Origin: Pelotomaculum sp. UBA1371
GTDB taxonomy: Bacteria > Bacillota > Desulfotomaculia > Desulfotomaculales > Pelotomaculaceae
Reading direction: 5' to 3'
NCBI GenBank assembly: GCA_002305915.1
Contig: DBRJ01000063.1
Location: 54,605 to 118,604, forward strand
DNA length: 64,000 nucleotides
Shown: positions 1 to 8,873 of the stretch, piece by piece
How the letters are laid out: the number at the start of each line of letters is the position of its first letter
Numbering within the stretch: position 1 is the first letter of the stretch
Translations under genes and position numbers: made by a program
The notes under the pieces: model-generated
Told to the model about the DNA's origin: nothing
The model's input: the letters and a program-made list of their open reading frames with translations, nothing else
The model's database searches: none

Positions 1-947
1 TGCAGGAAGAAGAAAAAATCACTCTGGAAGACTTGCTTTATGCTTTAATGTTAAATTCAGGCAATGATACGGCTGTGGCTATCGCCTGCCACATTGGGGG
101 TTCTGTGGAAGAATTCGCCAGGATGATGAATGAGCTGGCTGTAAGGATAGGTGCGGAAAACTCAAATTTTAAGAATCCAAACGGACTGCCCGACCCGGAC
201 CATTATACCACAGCCCGCGATATGGCTCTCATAGCCCATTACGCCATGCAAAACCCGGAATTCAGAAAAATTGTCTCTACCCGGAGCGCGACGATCCAGC
301 GGGGTGTTCCGGATGCCCAGATTTATCTGGAGAATTCCAACAAACTTCTCTGGAATTATGACGGCACTATCGGGATTAAAACCGGATATACCAATGATGC
401 CCGGCAGTGTCTTGTTTCTGCTGCCGCCAGGCAGGACCGGGAAATGATTGCTGTGGTTTTTAAGAGTGAAGGAAATAATATTTGGAGCGATTCCAGGACA
501 TTGCTGGACTACGGGTTCAATGAATTTACAAACATTAGTCTGATCGATGCCGGTAAGTATGTTGCGGAAGTTCCTGTTCAATACGGAGTAACAGAAACGG
601 TACCTGTCCAGACAGGATTTTCGCTGACCTATAACATACCCGTAAACAGCCGGGAGAAAATCGAGCAGGAGATTCTTCTGGACAGCCCCCTTGTTGCTCC
701 GGTCAAAGCCGGTTCAAAAGTTGGCGAGCTGGTCTTTTGTGCCGGGGACCTGGAACTGGGAAGAGTTGACCTGCTGGCTCAGAAAGATATTGAACGAAAA
801 ATAATGGCCAGATGGTGGCCTTACCTGTTATTGTCTATGGGGTTGGTGATTCTGCTTATAATAATTCATTTGCATAACCTTGCCCGTCGCAGGCGGTGGC
901 AAAGATATAAGCAGCAAAAAATAAATTTTATGAAGAGGAGTTTTTAG
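1..947 (+). CDS. D-alanyl-D-alanine carboxypeptidase (low-MW PBP, S11/PBP5 type), 5' end cut by window edge
   Basis: The reading frame is open from nt 3 (QEEEKITLEDLLYALML...), so the Met at 33 is internal. It has the SxN motif 'LNSGND' and the KTG motif 'IKTGYT'. The C-terminal hydrophobic anchor is 'WWPYLLLSMGLVILLIIIHL'. Confidence 0.85.
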   Translation, partial: QEEEKITLEDLLYALMLNSGNDTAVAIACHIGGSVEEFARMMNELAVRIGAENSNFKNPNGLPDPDHYTTARDMALIAHYAMQNPEFRKIVSTRSATIQRGVPDAQIYLENSNKLLWNYDGTIGIKTGYTNDARQCLVSAAARQDREMIAVVFKSEGNNIWSDSRTLLDYGFNEFTNISLIDAGKYVAEVPVQYGVTETVPVQTGFSLTYNIPVNSREKIEQEILLDSPLVAPVKAGSKVGELVFCAGDLELGRVDLLAQKDIERKIMARWWPYLLLSMGLVILLIIIHLHNLARRRRWQRYKQQKINFMKRSF

Positions 948-1033
948 GGAAGAGATAACCCTGCTTTTATTAAAACCCCAGCCGGGCCTTGGAAATGAGT
1001 CACCCGTTATTATATTGGCTCTCATTTCCCGCA

Positions 1034-1062
1034 TTGACATAATTAGGGCTATTCATTATACT
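1034..1062 (+). promoter_or_regulatory. Candidate sigma-A promoter for the Fur-family gene
   Basis: TTGACA (1034-1039), a 17-nt spacer, then TATACT (1057-1062), about 30 nt upstream of the ATG at 1093. Confidence 0.4.
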
Positions 1063-1092
1063 AACAAAAAGGGTAAAGCTGGTGTTACAACA

Positions 1093-1542
1093 ATGAAAAA
1101 GCTCATATCCGATATTGGGGATAAGCTGAAGGAAAATGAGTATAAGCTTACTACACGCCGGGAACTGATCTTGAAAGTGTTGCTGGAAAATAGTGACAAA
1201 CATTTGAGTGCTGAAGAAGTCTACAACCTGGTCAAGAAAAAAGCGCCGGACACGGGACTGGCTACGGTGTACAGGACCCTGGAGCTATTTCATGATTTTA
1301 ACATTATTCACGCCATGGATTTTGGAGACGGCAGGAAGCGTTATGAGTTCGGCTGGAAAGAAGGCCAGAAGTGTCATCACCACCACCACCTGATCTGCAC
1401 AGAGTGCGGCAGCATCATCGAGATGAATGAAGACTTGCTGGAGGAGCTGGAAAATCGCGTCAATAAACAGTATGACTTTACTGTTAAGGATCACCAGCTT
1501 AAGATTTTCGGCATTTGCAAGAAATGCAAAAACAGCTTATAA
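1093..1542 (+). CDS. Fur-family metal-dependent transcriptional regulator (Fur/Zur/PerR type not resolved)
   Basis: The winged-helix N-terminus 'LTTRRELILKVLLENSDKHLSAEEVYNLV...ATVYRTLELF' and the metal sites 'HHHHHLICTECG' and 'CKKC' are present. The start is moved to the ATG at 1093 (MKKLISD...) from the ORF-track start at 1015. Confidence 0.85.
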   Translation: MKKLISDIGDKLKENEYKLTTRRELILKVLLENSDKHLSAEEVYNLVKKKAPDTGLATVYRTLELFHDFNIIHAMDFGDGRKRYEFGWKEGQKCHHHHHLICTECGSIIEMNEDLLEELENRVNKQYDFTVKDHQLKIFGICKKCKNSL

Positions 1543-1544
1543 AG

Positions 1545-1566
1545 CACAACGGTATTGTGTTTTTTT
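1545..1566 (+). terminator. Rho-independent terminator after the Fur-family gene
   Basis: CACAA-cggta-TTGTG hairpin followed by a run of 7 T. Confidence 0.5.
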
Positions 1567-1626
1567 AACTGTCATTTCAACCATGCTACTGCTTAGTATG
1601 GATTTTTCTTTTAGGGGGTATGTTTT

Positions 1627-4443
1627 ATGCCCGCAGGCTATCTTGCGCTGGTCCTGCACGCGCACCTGCCCTATATCCGTCACCCTGAAGAGCCGGGGAT
1701 CATGGAGGAACGTTGGCTCTTTGAGGCCATCACAGAATGTTATGTTCCCCTGCTCTGGTCCTTTGAAAAACTGGTTAAAGAGGGAGTAGACTTCAGCCTT
1801 ACCTTCTCTCTGTCTCCGCCGCTGATTTCCATGCTTAACGATCATCTTTTGCAGGCGCGCTACCTGCGCTACCTTGAGGGCCTGATCCGCCTTGCAGAGG
1901 CTGAAATAGATCGAAACAGGGACTGCCCTGCCGTCCGGGACCTGGCATCAATGTATTATTACCGGTTAAATGATGTTCGCCGGTCCTTTGAAGACGATTA
2001 CGGGGGTAATTTGCTCCTGCCGTTGCAAAGTCTGCAGGCCCTGGGGGTCCTGGAAGTAATAACCACATGCGCCACGCATGGTTATTTGCCCCTGATGCTG
2101 ACCCGGGAGGCCAGGAGGGCCCAGGTTCAGCTTGCCGTGGAACAATACGGCAGGCTCTTTGGAAGGCCTTTAACCGGGTTGTGGCTTCCGGAATGCGGCT
2201 ATGTGCCGGGCGTGGACGGGATTCTTAAAGAATTCGGTGTGCGTTACTTTTTTGTGGAAACCCACGGCATCCTTAATGCAAGTCCTCCCCCGCGCCGCGG
2301 AGTTTATGCCCCCCTTGCCTGCCGTTCCGGAGTAGCGGCCTTCGGCCGGGACCCGGAGAGTTCGCGCCAGGTCTGGGACCGGGAAACCGGTTACCCGGGG
2401 GATCCTTATTACAGGGAGTTCTATCGTGATATCGGCTACGACCTGGACCTGGACTACCTGGCGCACTGCCTTCCCGGAGGGAGGATCCGGTGCGATACGG
2501 GATTGAAATACTACCGGATCACAGGCCCCGGTCCCGATAAAGAGTTGTACCTTCCAGATCTCGCCGGGGCAAGGACTGTCCGGGATGCCGAGAATTTTGC
2601 TTCCAACCGGGGGCTTCAGGTAAAACAGCTGGCTGCCCGGCTGGACCGGAAACCCATTGTAGTGGCTCCATACGACGCTGAGCTGTTCGGCCACTGGTGG
2701 TACGAAGGACCGCAATGGCTGGAGAATCTGTGCCGTATCTGCGCCAGCGGCCGGGACGGAATAAAAATGACCACGCCAACCAGCTATCTGGGAGAATATG
2801 AGGATAACCAGGTTGCCGACCTGGCTGCCTCCAGCTGGGGGGAGGGAGGCTACAATCAGGTCTGGTTAAATCCAAGCAATGACTGGATTTACCGGCATCT
2901 ACACCGCGCTGAAACAGCAATGGTGGATCTGGCGGATCTCTATCCCGGCGCCACAGGGATCGTCCGGCGCGCTTTGAACCAGGCTGCCCGGGAGTTGCTC
3001 CTGGCGCAAAGCAGCGACTGGGCCTTCATCATTAAAACCGATACTGCGGTACAATACGCCGTTCAAAGAATAAGTGAGCATATCGGACGGTTTAACACCC
3101 TGGCCGACAGCATCAATGAAGGGCGGCTGGATGAAGGGGAGTTGACCGGCTTCGAAAAGGAGGACAACATTTTCCCGGAAATGGATTACAGCATCTACAG
3201 CCGCCATTACCGGATGAAACGCCGCAGCGGAGCCGGGGAAGAGGGCCGGGCGTTGAAGATTCTAATGCTTTCCTGGGAGTTTCCACCCCGCACTGTAGGC
3301 GGCCTGGCCCGCCACGTGCATGATCTTTCCCGGGCTCTGGCCCGTCTGGGCGCCAGCGTTCATGTAATTACCTGTCCGGCTCAGGGCACGCCCCGTTACC
3401 AGTTCGTGGAAGGTGTACACGTTCACAGGGTGGAGCAGTCCCGGCTTACTTCCAGGGAGTTTATGGAGTGGGTACAGCAGTTAAATAACGCTATGGTTGA
3501 ACTGGCCGGGGAACTGGTCTTATCCGGGCCCTTTGATCTGGTTCATGCGCATGACTGGCTTGTGGGGGACGCTGCCGTAGTATTGCGGAATCAGTACCGG
3601 CTGCCCCTGGTGGCGACAATCCATGCCACGGAGTACGGAAGGAACCGGGGTATTCACAATGAACTTCAACGCCGCATCCACGAATTGGACGCGCGTTTTG
3701 CCGCCGGGGCCACGAAGGTGATCTGTTGCAGCGACTTTATGGCTGCTGAAGTTAAAGAGTTGTTTAAAATACCCGGGGAAAAGATTCGCGTTCTGCCCAA
3801 CGGTGTTGACCCTGCCAATCTGGGTATACCCAGAAAACTGGTGCCCGGCCGGGGCGAACAAAAGCCAGAGGGTAAAGTGGTCTTTTTCATCGGCCGCCTG
3901 GTACCCGAAAAGGGTGTGCAGGTGCTCCTGGAAGCCTTCTCCCGGCTTATCCCGGAAATCCAGGACCTGAAGCTGATGGTGGGGGGTATTGGCCCCTATG
4001 AAGGAGCCCTGAGGACGAAGGCCGGAGAACTGGGACTGGCCGGGCGGGTTGTTTTCCTGGGTTACCTGGATGAAAAAAGACGCAATGAATACTTTAAAAT
4101 GGCCGATGTGGCTGTCTTCCCCAGCCTCTACGAACCCTTCGGCATTGTGGCGCTGGAGGCCATGGCCACCCAGATTCCTGTGCTTGTTTCAGATACGGGC
4201 GGCCTGAGCGAGGTGATAGCCCACGGAATAGATGGATATAAGGTTCCCCCGGGAAGGCCTGACATCCTGTCTTATTATATCCGGGAGGTGCTGGTCAACC
4301 CGGGGCTGGCCAGGGATTTGACCAGGCAGGCCTGGAAAAAAGTCCTGACGGTATACGACTGGCAGAATATCGCCACGGGCACCATTGAAGTATACCGGGA
4401 GGCCATGGCCGTGGCCGGTACCGGCGAAAAAACGGCCGGCTGA
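1627..4443 (+). CDS. Fusion protein: N-terminal GH57 alpha-glucan branching-enzyme-like domain plus C-terminal GT4 (group 1) glycosyltransferase
   Basis: The N-terminal ~530 aa carry GH57 signature blocks: 'LVLHAHLPYIRH', 'GLWLPECGYVPG' (nucleophile Glu context) and 'PYDAELFGHWWYEGPQWL' (acid/base Asp context). From ~aa 545, 'LKILMLSWEFPPRTVGGLARHV...' and 'FPSLYEPFGIVALEAMA' (the E-x7-E region) are typical of GT4 enzymes. It is one uninterrupted 938-aa ORF with an RBS-like 'tagggggt' before the ATG. Confidence 0.8.
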   Translation: MPAGYLALVLHAHLPYIRHPEEPGIMEERWLFEAITECYVPLLWSFEKLVKEGVDFSLTFSLSPPLISMLNDHLLQARYLRYLEGLIRLAEAEIDRNRDCPAVRDLASMYYYRLNDVRRSFEDDYGGNLLLPLQSLQALGVLEVITTCATHGYLPLMLTREARRAQVQLAVEQYGRLFGRPLTGLWLPECGYVPGVDGILKEFGVRYFFVETHGILNASPPPRRGVYAPLACRSGVAAFGRDPESSRQVWDRETGYPGDPYYREFYRDIGYDLDLDYLAHCLPGGRIRCDTGLKYYRITGPGPDKELYLPDLAGARTVRDAENFASNRGLQVKQLAARLDRKPIVVAPYDAELFGHWWYEGPQWLENLCRICASGRDGIKMTTPTSYLGEYEDNQVADLAASSWGEGGYNQVWLNPSNDWIYRHLHRAETAMVDLADLYPGATGIVRRALNQAARELLLAQSSDWAFIIKTDTAVQYAVQRISEHIGRFNTLADSINEGRLDEGELTGFEKEDNIFPEMDYSIYSRHYRMKRRSGAGEEGRALKILMLSWEFPPRTVGGLARHVHDLSRALARLGASVHVITCPAQGTPRYQFVEGVHVHRVEQSRLTSREFMEWVQQLNNAMVELAGELVLSGPFDLVHAHDWLVGDAAVVLRNQYRLPLVATIHATEYGRNRGIHNELQRRIHELDARFAAGATKVICCSDFMAAEVKELFKIPGEKIRVLPNGVDPANLGIPRKLVPGRGEQKPEGKVVFFIGRLVPEKGVQVLLEAFSRLIPEIQDLKLMVGGIGPYEGALRTKAGELGLAGRVVFLGYLDEKRRNEYFKMADVAVFPSLYEPFGIVALEAMATQIPVLVSDTGGLSEVIAHGIDGYKVPPGRPDILSYYIREVLVNPGLARDLTRQAWKKVLTVYDWQNIATGTIEVYREAMAVAGTGEKTAG

Positions 4444-4463
4444 TTTTCGCTGCTTACGGCCTG

Positions 4464-5378
4464 ATGGGAGATGTAGCTTTGAAGCGCGTTGTCAGTGTCA
4501 GCCTGGGCTCTCCCCGGCGAAACCAGGACCTTGAGCTGGAGGTGTCCGGCTCGCGTCTTATGGTCCAACGGGTTGGCGCCGGAGGAAACCTGGAATATAT
4601 GGCTCAAATTTTAAAGGACCTGGATGGAAAAGTGGACGCCCTTGGACTGGGCGGGATCAACCTCACCCTGCGGGCCGGACGGCGACGCTACCTGCTGCGG
4701 GACGGCGTCCGGCTGGCGGCGCAGGTCCGGGCGACACCACTGGTTGACGGCAGCGGCTTCAAGGATACGGTGGAGAGAGATCTTGTCTTATACTTGCAGG
4801 AAAAGTTGGGCTGGCCCCGGCGGGGTCAGGTTGTTTTAATGGTATCCGCCCTGGACCGCTATGGGCTGGCAGAGGCTTTGGAACTTGCAGGCTGCCGGCT
4901 GATTATTGGAGACGCCCTCTTTGCCCTGGGGCTGCCGGCGCCTTTTTATTCCCTGGCCTTGTTCCGGGCTGCGGCCTATGCCACCCTTCCCTTCCTGTGC
5001 CGGCTTCCCATCGGGTTTCTCTACCCGCTGGGTGAGAAACAGGAACAGGTGCGGCCCCGGTTTGAGCGTTTTTACAGGCGGGCGGAAATCATTGCCGGGG
5101 ATTTTCATTTTATCCGTTACCATTTACCCTCCGATCTCTCCGGCAAGGATATTATCACCAGCACCATTACTGCCGGGGACGTCCAGGAGTTGAAAAAGAG
5201 GGGGGTGCGCTGGCTGGTGACGCCGGGGCCTTCTTTTTCAGGCCGCTCTTTCGGCTCCAATGTGCTGGAGGCCATTTGCGTGGCCCTGCTGGATCAGCCT
5301 GGCGTGACAGACCCGGAGCTTTATCCGGCCCTCCTGTACCGGATCGGGTGGGAGCCCCGGATTGAAAAGCTCAATTGA
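4464..5378 (+). CDS. Conserved hypothetical protein (I recall this family being auto-annotated as quinate 5-dehydrogenase-like in Clostridia)
   Basis: A 304-aa ORF with coding-like composition, tightly packed between its neighbours. The assignment comes only from remembered similarity of 'VSLGS..R...LE.....' and 'VDALGLGGINL'. The start is uncertain because no clear RBS is visible. Confidence 0.45.
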   Translation: MGDVALKRVVSVSLGSPRRNQDLELEVSGSRLMVQRVGAGGNLEYMAQILKDLDGKVDALGLGGINLTLRAGRRRYLLRDGVRLAAQVRATPLVDGSGFKDTVERDLVLYLQEKLGWPRRGQVVLMVSALDRYGLAEALELAGCRLIIGDALFALGLPAPFYSLALFRAAAYATLPFLCRLPIGFLYPLGEKQEQVRPRFERFYRRAEIIAGDFHFIRYHLPSDLSGKDIITSTITAGDVQELKKRGVRWLVTPGPSFSGRSFGSNVLEAICVALLDQPGVTDPELYPALLYRIGWEPRIEKLN

Positions 5379-5392
5379 AGGGAGATTTGACA

Positions 5393-5998
5393 ATGGGATT
5401 TGAACCAAGGGGGCTGGCCACGGGAATCGGCAGCACGCCCTTCCAGGAGACGGCGGAGGCCCTGGCCCTGATTAAAGAATGCCCGCCGGAAATTCCTTAC
5501 TGGCCCCAGCTTCCCCTGCGGGGCAGGCAGCAGCACTTTGTCAACCAGTTCTTAAAACCCCTGGTTAAAACAGGCCTGCTTACGGATGACGGCGAAAGAA
5601 TATTTTTCGATACAACCCTTCTGAACTGGTCAGACCGGCTGACCGGGTTTTACTCCCTTTACCTGGCCTGTGAAGAGGGAGAAAGCGCTGTCCTGGATGA
5701 ATTCTCCTTTCCGGAGGGTGCAGCAGAGGGATTTTACGCTTTACTGGCTGAACCGGCCGGGGGGACAGGCAGCGCAGCCTTGCTCAAGGGACAGGTTGTG
5801 GGGCCCCTTACGGTGGCCTTTCAGCTCAAGGACGAGCGGGGCCGCTTTGCTTATTACAATGAGCAACTGCGGGATCAGATTGTCAAGACCCCTGCTTGCG
5901 GTACCGGCCTGCTGGACCGGGACCTGCCGGACCGGGTTTACCGCCTTGCTGCCGCTGTTTCCAAGAAGTTGCGGGAGAAAGGTGCGGCAGCGACTTGA
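5393..5998 (+). CDS. Cobalamin-independent methionine-synthase-like (MetE C-terminal/URO-D-like fold) protein, apparently internally shortened
   Basis: The N-terminus 'GLATGIGSTPFQETAEALALI....PEIPYWPQLP' is typical of this family. The ORF ends after only ~200 aa. A C-terminal-type 'TPACGTG...RVYRLAAAVSKKLRE' segment is joined directly to the mid-region. The start is set at ATG 5393, behind GAAGGGAG. Confidence 0.5.
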   Translation: MGFEPRGLATGIGSTPFQETAEALALIKECPPEIPYWPQLPLRGRQQHFVNQFLKPLVKTGLLTDDGERIFFDTTLLNWSDRLTGFYSLYLACEEGESAVLDEFSFPEGAAEGFYALLAEPAGGTGSAALLKGQVVGPLTVAFQLKDERGRFAYYNEQLRDQIVKTPACGTGLLDRDLPDRVYRLAAAVSKKLREKGAAAT

Positions 5999-6819
5999 TC
6001 CCGGCAGACTATCATCTTCACACCAAACTCTGCGGTCACGCCTCGGGGGAACCGGAGGAATATCTGGAGCAGGCGGTCAGACAGGGAATCAGGGAAGTGG
6101 GGTTTTCCGACCACTTGCCTCTTTATTTTTTACCTCCCGGAAAAACCATTCCCGGTTACGCCATGGGGGAGGAAGAGCTTCCCCTGTATGTGGAGATGGT
6201 GCAAAACTGTGCCCGGAAGTCCCCGGTCAGGGTCAGCCTGGGAATAGAGGCCGACTATGTTCCCGGTTGCGAAAAAGCCCTCGCCGGTCTTCTTTCCCGC
6301 TATCCTTTTGACTATGTAATAGGTTCGGTGCATTTTCTGGACGGCTGGGGGTTTGACAACCCCGCAGAAATGGAGGAATACGGCAGGAGAGATCTTGACC
6401 GGGTCTACGAGGAGTACTTTGCCCTGGTCCAGCAGGCAGCTCTAAGCGGGCTTTTCGACATTATCGCCCACCCGGATCTAATTAAAAAGTTCGCCTTCCG
6501 GCCTGCGCGGGATTTAAGTCCCCTTTACGAGGAAACAGCCAGAGCCTTTCAAAAGGCAGGAGTCTGTGCCGAGGTAAATTCCGCAGGACTCCGGTATCCC
6601 GCCGGGGAGATTTATCCGTCATTCAGTTTTCTCAAGTGTCTTTATAAACATAATGTTCCTGTAACACTGGGTTCGGACGCCCACCGCCCGGAGCAGGTTG
6701 GGGCCGGGCTGCCGGAGGCCCTCCGGCTGCTCAGGGAAGCCGGCTATCAAGAAATTGCCCTGTTCAGCGCAAGGAAAAAATGTTTTCGGGAAATTGCCGG
6801 GGATGGTAAACAGGACTGA
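5995..6819 (+). CDS. hisK: Histidinol-phosphatase, PHP family (HisK/HisJ type)
   Basis: PHP metal-binding motifs 'DYHLHT', 'GSVHF', 'IAHPDL' and 'LGSDAH' are present. The likely TTG start at 5995 overlaps the upstream stop (TTGA). The ORF-track start at 5896 lies inside the previous gene. Confidence 0.8.
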   Translation: MIPADYHLHTKLCGHASGEPEEYLEQAVRQGIREVGFSDHLPLYFLPPGKTIPGYAMGEEELPLYVEMVQNCARKSPVRVSLGIEADYVPGCEKALAGLLSRYPFDYVIGSVHFLDGWGFDNPAEMEEYGRRDLDRVYEEYFALVQQAALSGLFDIIAHPDLIKKFAFRPARDLSPLYEETARAFQKAGVCAEVNSAGLRYPAGEIYPSFSFLKCLYKHNVPVTLGSDAHRPEQVGAGLPEALRLLREAGYQEIALFSARKKCFREIAGDGKQD

Positions 6820-6830
6820 AGCTAAACAAG

Positions 6831-6870
6831 GAGCCGCTGTTCTCAAAGGGAAAAGCGGCTCGCTGTTTTA
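6831..6870 (+). terminator. Candidate rho-independent terminator
   Basis: GAGCCGCT (6831-6838) pairs with AGCGGCTC (6854-6861), followed by a T-rich 'gctgtttta'. Confidence 0.45.
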
Positions 6871-7104
6871 TATGCGCCGGCCTTAACTATCAAGTTACAG
6901 GCCAGTTTTCTTTTGTAAAAAAAGCCCGGCTCATCCTGTCAACTCGCTGACGCGAACGGCAGGCAAGCGGCCCGGGACCAGGTCTTAAAGCATAACTTTT
7001 AAACTGCCGGGAGCGAAAATTGGAAAAGAAGGTCGTAAATGAATACAATTATTTTTAAAATGATTTTGCTTTTCTAGAAGGTTATTTGTGCTTATATATA
7101 GAAT

Positions 7105-7130
7105 AAGTGGTGGAAAGTGGTTAGAAGTGG
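7105..7130 (+). promoter_or_regulatory. MraZ operator: three direct AAGTGG(T) repeats at a 10-bp period
   Basis: AAGTGG occurs at 7105, 7115 and 7125, each exactly 10 bp apart and just upstream of mraZ. This matches the repeated GTGG-type boxes known for MraZ autoregulation. Confidence 0.65.
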
Positions 7131-7163
7131 TGTAACAGCATGCCTGAAAACGAGCAGACCACC

Positions 7164-7601
7164 ATGTTTATGGGAGAGTATCAGCATAACATCGACCCGA
7201 AAGGAAGACTTTTTATACCTGCCCGCTTCCGACAAGGTCTGGGGGACCTTTTCGTCCTTACAAAAGGTCTTGATGGATGTCTCTTTGCCTATCCGCGCTC
7301 CGAATGGGCGGCTCTGGAGCAAAAGCTGAAGTCCTTGCCCTTTACAAAGAGCGATGCCCGGGCCTTTGTTCGGTTTTTTTTCTCCGGGGCCTCTGAATGC
7401 GAAGTGGATAAACAGGGAAGGATCTTAATTCCAGGTAATTTGAGAGCTTACGCACACCTGGAAAAAGAAGTTGTGGTTATTGGTGTTTCATCCAGGGTGG
7501 AAATCTGGGCCAGGGACCTGTGGGAACAGTACAGTGCCCGGGCTGCTTCAACCTATGAGGAAATTGCCGAGAAGATTGTGGACTTCGATCTGACTATTTG
7601 A
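7164..7601 (+). CDS. mraZ: Transcriptional regulator MraZ
   Basis: The canonical N-terminus '[23 protein letters not shown]' and the second DxxxR-type repeat '[14 protein letters not shown]' are present. The start is moved to the ATG at 7164. Confidence 0.95.
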   Translation: MFMGEYQHNIDPKGRLFIPARFRQGLGDLFVLTKGLDGCLFAYPRSEWAALEQKLKSLPFTKSDARAFVRFFFSGASECEVDKQGRILIPGNLRAYAHLEKEVVVIGVSSRVEIWARDLWEQYSARAASTYEEIAEKIVDFDLTI

Positions 7602-7675
7602 GCAGCAACGACAAATACTATAAATTCTCTCATTTTCTCGCTAGAGCGGAAAAATCCTGGTAATTTATAAGGGTA

Positions 7676-8623
7676 GTGAGAAGGTCAATGGATTTTTTGC
7701 ATAAGCCGGTTATGGTCTGTGAAGTCCTGAAAGGACTTAAGCTAAAACCGGGTGGCGTCTATGTTGATTGCACCCTGGGCGGTGCAGGGCACAGTGCCGC
7801 GATACTCCGTGAGATTGGCGAAGAGGGACGCCTGGTGGGCCTGGACCGGGATCTGGAGGCGTTGGCCGCAGCGAAGGAAAGGCTGGCCCCTTTCAGTGCC
7901 GGAGTAAACCTGGCCCGGGCTAACTTCAGGGATCTGAAAGATGTCCTGGAACAACTGGAGATTGAGAAAGTAGATGGAATTCTGTTTGATCTGGGGGTAT
8001 CTTCCTACCAGTTGGACAACCCTGACAGGGGGTTCAGCTACCAGCACGACGCGCCTCTGGACATGAGGATGGATCAGGAGCAGGCTTTGACTGCCGGGAC
8101 ACTTGTAAACAATCTTCCGGTGGAAGAGCTGGCGGAAATTATCAGGAAGTATGGCGAAGAGCGCTGGGCCTCCAGGATAGCAAAATTTATTGGGGAGGAA
8201 AGAAAAAACTGTTCCATTGAAACAACAGGACGCCTGGTTGAAATTATCAAGAAGGCAATACCGGCCGGCGCCAGGCGGGAGGGACCGCACCCGGCCAAAC
8301 GAACCTTTCAGGCCCTGCGGATAGCGGTCAACCGGGAAATTGAGACTCTGGGCCCGTCTATTCGCTCGGCTGTACAGTATCTCAAACCCGGAGGAAGGAT
8401 TTGTGTGCTAACCTTTCATTCACTTGAGGATAGAATTGTGAAGGATCTCTTTCGGGAACTGGCCTCACCCTGTACCTGTCCCAGGGATTTTCCAGTTTGT
8501 GTTTGTGGAGGCAAAAAAGAAATCCGGGTTGTTACCCCCAGGCCGGTGCTTCCTTCACCGGAGGAACTGGAGGATAACCCAAGGGCCAGGAGTGCCAAGC
8601 TCAGGATTGCAGAGAAGCTCTAG
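7676..8623 (+). CDS. rsmH: 16S rRNA (cytosine1402-N4)-methyltransferase RsmH (MraW)
   Basis: '[10 protein letters not shown]', '[10 protein letters not shown]', '[10 protein letters not shown]' and 'SLEDRIVK' are present. The start could be GTG 7676 or ATG 7688. Confidence 0.95.
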   Translation: MRRSMDFLHKPVMVCEVLKGLKLKPGGVYVDCTLGGAGHSAAILREIGEEGRLVGLDRDLEALAAAKERLAPFSAGVNLARANFRDLKDVLEQLEIEKVDGILFDLGVSSYQLDNPDRGFSYQHDAPLDMRMDQEQALTAGTLVNNLPVEELAEIIRKYGEERWASRIAKFIGEERKNCSIETTGRLVEIIKKAIPAGARREGPHPAKRTFQALRIAVNREIETLGPSIRSAVQYLKPGGRICVLTFHSLEDRIVKDLFRELASPCTCPRDFPVCVCGGKKEIRVVTPRPVLPSPEELEDNPRARSAKLRIAEKL

Positions 8624-8873
8624 CAGGGATTTGTGAAATAAGCATTCTTTTAGCCGGGTTGCCTGCTCTGTTAAAAAGTGATGAGAGCAATGGATAAGCT
8701 GATTATAGTATCTGATTTATTAAAGGACAGGTATTAAATACCGCTTAACCCTTTTTTTAAAGTCCCGGGTGTTTTCCGGGCGGTGGGGGGCGAAACAGTG
8801 ATGTACGCCGGCAAGTCAACTGGTATTTTCTACCTAGGATTTATGTTCTATTCCTCCTGGAGGTCGAATAGTA

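Noticed and set aside
1040-1062. Fur/PerR/Zur box in the promoter of the Fur-family gene
   Set aside because: Only ATAAT-N11-ATTAT is present. It does not match the 7-1-7 inverted repeats of the Fur, PerR or Zur boxes.
5670-6311. 213-aa + strand ORF overlapping the MetE-like gene and the histidinol phosphatase gene
   Set aside because: It is an alternative frame with an Arg/Gly/Ser/Pro-rich product and spans two recognisable genes in other frames.
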